Source: an uncultured Chthonomonadaceae bacterium (GTDB lineage Bacteria; Armatimonadota; Chthonomonadetes; Chthonomonadales; Chthonomonadaceae). From it: DNA of 64,000 nt. The notes under the pieces are model-generated. The model was not told where the DNA came from and did not search any database. It saw only the letters and a program-made list of their open reading frames with translations. Location: assembly GCA_963835065.1 (NCBI GenBank), contig CAWIEK010000012.1, forward strand, positions 1 through 64,000, written 5' to 3'. A program made the position numbers and the translations under genes. Below, in pieces: positions 60,613 through 64,000 of this stretch; the first letter of the stretch is position 1; the number at the start of each line of letters is the position of its first letter.

Positions 60613-63459
60613 ATGAGGAAATCTATGACTCTTTTCACTCTGCGAAGTCGGCTGCTTGCCTGTCTCGCGCTGACGGCGGCAATGTTTGCCGCTGCGCCCC
60701 GCGCCCAGGCGCAGCAGGCGCGCTATGTTCCCGGCGAGTTGCTTGTCGGCGTGGCGGAAGAGCGGACGCTGACACCGATGCAGGTCGTCGGCATGATTCC
60801 GCAATTGGAACAGGGCATCGGCGTTGTCATCAGCCACCATGACGCGCTTCATGCCTACCATCTCCATCTGAACCCCGGCGTTTCGATGGCAGACGCCATT
60901 GCGCGTTTGAAACACCGGCCCGGCGTGTTGTACGCCGAACCCAACTACATTCGCCATACCTGCGCGGTTCAGCCCAACGATCCCCTGTACGTTCCCTATC
61001 AGTATGGCCCGCAGATCGTCAAGGCCCCCAATGCCTGGAGCATCTGGAAGCCCAAGCGCCAGGTGGTGATCGCTATGGTAGACACGGGCATCCTCAATAC
61101 GCATGAAGACCTGACTAACAAAATCCTGCGCGACAACAACGGCATCGTCGGCTTCAACGCTTTTTCCGGCTTACGCGACGACGCCCTGGATGATCAGGGG
61201 CATGGCACACATACCGCCGGCATCGCCGCCGCGCAAAGCAACAACGGCAAGGGCGTCGCGGGCATTGCCGGCTGGGACGGAAGCGCGGGTTCCGATACCA
61301 CGTTCGTCAAGCTCATGCCGGTCAAGGTGCTGGACAGCAACGGCTCCGGCACCGATGGCACGGTGGCTTCGGGCATCACCTGGGCTGCCGATCATGGCGC
61401 GAATGTCATCAGCATGAGCCTGGGCGACACACAGTATTCCAGTACGCTGGATACGGCGGTTCAATATGCCTATGCCAAAGGCTGCGTGATTGTGGCCGCA
61501 GCGGGCAACAACGGGGACTATACCCCCTTTTACCCGGCGGCCAACGCGAATGTGATTTCAGTCGCCGCCACCGACAACACAGACACGCTGGCTTCGTTCT
61601 CTACGGCGGGACCCTGGGTGATGGTCGCCGCGCCCGGCGTGAACATTATGTCTTCCGTAAGGGACGGCACCTACAACTACTCAACCGGCACGTCTATGTC
61701 CTGCCCGCACGTCGCCGGGGAAGCCGCCCTGCTGCTGTCGCAAAACGCCACGTTGACCAACGATCAGGCAACCTATCTGATCCGCAACAATTACGATCCG
61801 TATAACGGCAATGGCCGGACGATTTTTCCGAACTCCGGGCGTATCAATGTCGGGGCCGCGCTTGCCAATATCGGCTCCGTGCCTGCGCCCAATCCGGGAA
61901 CGGCCTCCTTTGTCAAGGTGGACACGCAGACGCAGGGGAACTGGAAGGGCGTTTACGGCAGTCAGGGCCGCGACATATTCTTTGATTCCCTCAGCCTGCC
62001 CGCCGGCATCAAGGAGTCGGCTACGGGAGAACTGCCCTGGATCTGGGACAGCAATTCGGGTTCGCAGGCGGCGCTGCAAACCGGCAGTGGAAGCGGGCGT
62101 ATCGCGGGCTGCAGCTACGATTACGGCGTGGAAATCCGTGACATCAACATCACGGACGGGCAAACGCATCAGGTGAGCCTGTACTGCCTGGATTATGACA
62201 ACTTGCAGCGCGCCGAGACGATTGATGTACTGGACGCCGACACCAATACGGTTCTGGACACTCGTTCCCTCAGCGGCTATCAAAACGGCGCGTACGTGTG
62301 TTGGAACATCAAAGGCCACGTCAAGTTCCGCCTGACCAATACGGGCGCGGGTCCCAACGCGGTTTTCAGCGGCATCTTTTTCGACGCGCAGAACACCGGT
62401 GGTGGCGGTTCGACCGTCGCTTCCGCCACGTTCGTGAAAAGCGACACGACTTCGCAGGGAACCTGGAAAGGCAAGTATGGCGCGGACGGTTACAACATCA
62501 TCAATTACGCCGCTTCCTATCCCGGCTACGCGACTGTCAGCGCGAGTGGCAACGCCACCTGGACCTGGGACTCCTCCACATCCAACCTGCCCGCCCTGCA
62601 AAAACCGGATTCTGCCACAGACCGCTTCTGCGCCTGCTGGTACTCCGGCACAAACTTCATCGTAGACGTGAACCTGACGGACGGCAACACGCATCAGGTA
62701 ACGCTGTACTCCACAGACTACGACGCTTACAACCACTGGAATCGCGCCCAAACGATAGACGTACTGGACGCCACCACGAACGCGGTTCTCAGCACGCAAA
62801 GCATGAGCAACATGCAAAACGGCGTGTACATGGTGTGGAACATCAAGGGACACGTCAGGTTCCGCCTGACCAATACGGTTGCCGGACAAGGACCCAACGC
62901 GGTTCTCAGCGGCCTGTTCTTTGACGCGGCAGGCGGCGCGCGCACTCCGCCGGCAGCCACCTTCGTCAAAGCGGACACCGGCACCTCGGGTTCGTGGAAG
63001 GGCGCGTATGGCTCGGCGGGCTACAACATCGTCAACCTTGTCGCCAGCTTCCCCAGCTATGCCAGCCTCGCGGTCAGTAATCAATCCACCTGGACCTGGG
63101 ACTCGTCCACTGCCAACCTGCCCGCCCTGCAAAAACCGGACTCGGCCACAGACCGCTTCTGCGCCTGCTGGTATTCCGGCACAAACTTCATCGTAGACGT
63201 GAACCTGACCGACGGCAACGCGCATCAGGTAAGCCTGTACTGCGTGGACTACGACGCTTACAACAACTGGCACCGCGCCCAAACCATCGCCGTGCTGGAT
63301 GCGGATACCGGCGCGGTTCTGGATACCCGTAACGTGAGCAACATGCAAAACGGCGTGTACATGGTATGGAACATCAAGGGACACGTCAAGTTCCGCCTGA
63401 CCAACCTGGTTTCAGGCTCCGGCCCCAACGCGGTTTTGAGCGGCGTGTTCTTCGACTGA
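60613..63459 (+). CDS. S8 subtilisin-like serine peptidase with three C-terminal beta repeats
   Basis: VDTG, GHGTHTAG, AAAGN, GTSMSCPHVAG; three repeats of about 175 aa, each ending SG.FFD. Confidence 0.93.
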   Translation: MRKSMTLFTLRSRLLACLALTAAMFAAAPRAQAQQARYVPGELLVGVAEERTLTPMQVVGMIPQLEQGIGVVISHHDALHAYHLHLNPGVSMADAIARLKHRPGVLYAEPNYIRHTCAVQPNDPLYVPYQYGPQIVKAPNAWSIWKPKRQVVIAMVDTGILNTHEDLTNKILRDNNGIVGFNAFSGLRDDALDDQGHGTHTAGIAAAQSNNGKGVAGIAGWDGSAGSDTTFVKLMPVKVLDSNGSGTDGTVASGITWAADHGANVISMSLGDTQYSSTLDTAVQYAYAKGCVIVAAAGNNGDYTPFYPAANANVISVAATDNTDTLASFSTAGPWVMVAAPGVNIMSSVRDGTYNYSTGTSMSCPHVAGEAALLLSQNATLTNDQATYLIRNNYDPYNGNGRTIFPNSGRINVGAALANIGSVPAPNPGTASFVKVDTQTQGNWKGVYGSQGRDIFFDSLSLPAGIKESATGELPWIWDSNSGSQAALQTGSGSGRIAGCSYDYGVEIRDINITDGQTHQVSLYCLDYDNLQRAETIDVLDADTNTVLDTRSLSGYQNGAYVCWNIKGHVKFRLTNTGAGPNAVFSGIFFDAQNTGGGGSTVASATFVKSDTTSQGTWKGKYGADGYNIINYAASYPGYATVSASGNATWTWDSSTSNLPALQKPDSATDRFCACWYSGTNFIVDVNLTDGNTHQVTLYSTDYDAYNHWNRAQTIDVLDATTNAVLSTQSMSNMQNGVYMVWNIKGHVRFRLTNTVAGQGPNAVLSGLFFDAAGGARTPPAATFVKADTGTSGSWKGAYGSAGYNIVNLVASFPSYASLAVSNQSTWTWDSSTANLPALQKPDSATDRFCACWYSGTNFIVDVNLTDGNAHQVSLYCVDYDAYNNWHRAQTIAVLDADTGAVLDTRNVSNMQNGVYMVWNIKGHVKFRLTNLVSGSGPNAVLSGVFFD

Positions 63460-63492
63460 CGCTCACCCGACACCCGACATTCCTGTCAAACA

Positions 63493-63543
63493 CAAGCATA
63501 CGCCGCCTTTCTTCTGCAATGGAAGGAAGGTGGCGTATGCTTG
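63493..63543 (+). terminator. Hairpin after the S8 gene
   Basis: CAAGCATACGCCGCCTT...AAGGTGGCGTATGCTTG. Confidence 0.55.
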
Positions 63544-63707
63544 CCTGCGCAATTTTCCGTAATAATAAACTCTGCGCCGTAACATACGCGGCGGAGAAGT
63601 GTCCAACAAAAAGTGACAAATTCTCCGTTTAGCGTATATAATAAAGACTGACTATCCAACTTCGTTCAGCAGGAACCCATCAGGAACCAAATTGTGGAGC
63701 GTGGAGC

Positions 63708-64000
63708 ATGGTTGCAGCAAAACGGCTGAGAATTTTAGCGGGAATAGTGGTTTATAGCGCTATTCGGCATGAGCGTCGGCGTACATGCGCAGGACAAAGT
63801 GACCACTCCCAAAGTCGGCGACCCCATCCGCAAAGCGCTGTTCAATGCCATGCGCCCCGCGTTTGAAAAAGATTTGAAGCAAAAGGTCATTTTTCAGGTG
63901 GACGTTCTGAAAATGCTGAATGGCTGGGCGTTCATCACAGGCAAGCCCCGGCAGCCCGATCAGTCGCCCATCAACTACAAGAAAACGCGGTATCAGGCCG
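63708..64000 (+). CDS. Partial secreted hypothetical protein; probable +1 frameshift near 63752; runs off the window
   Basis: MVAAKRLRILAGIVV then shifted frame ALFGMSVGVHAQDKVTTPKVGDPIRKALFNAMR...GWAF. Confidence 0.6.

Noticed and set aside
116..63384. Many long antisense ORFs (e.g. 116-1375, 27653-29056, 40743-42341, 61681-63384)
   Set aside because: They lie opposite genes with clear motifs and are expected from high GC3 content.

Overview
GC-rich bacterial chromosomal window. The gene content (DUF1559/H-X9-DG prepilin-like paralogs, a PEP-CTERM protein, CRTAC1/TPR pairs, a pgpH-ybeY-dgkA-corC operon) suggests Armatimonadota; this is inference. There are about 47 protein-coding loci. I recognised no rRNA, tRNA, CRISPR array or intact transposase. 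About ten otherwise intact genes carry single-base frameshifts, probably long-read indel errors. Two loci stand out. (1) At 2572-7895 is a blaI-blaR1-like operon. Its M56 sensor protease carries, instead of a penicillin-binding domain, an alpha/beta-hydrolase domain that looks catalytically dead (Ser->Ala, His->Tyr). That domain is a close paralog of the intact hydrolase domain of the secreted repeat protein encoded downstream. Twin palindromic operators overlap a near-consensus promoter. Together this suggests an inducible 'pseudoenzyme senses, enzyme acts' system. (2) At 24884-34951 is an operon of a vWA membrane protein, a tubulin/FtsZ-like GTPase, an inactive membrane-bound paralog of that GTPase and a Cys-less transglutaminase-like membrane protein. 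The window also has a stand-alone CaMKII-hub-like gene, a csoR-copA copper locus, and many heptamer and nonamer repeats in inverted pairs that extend into gene ends.
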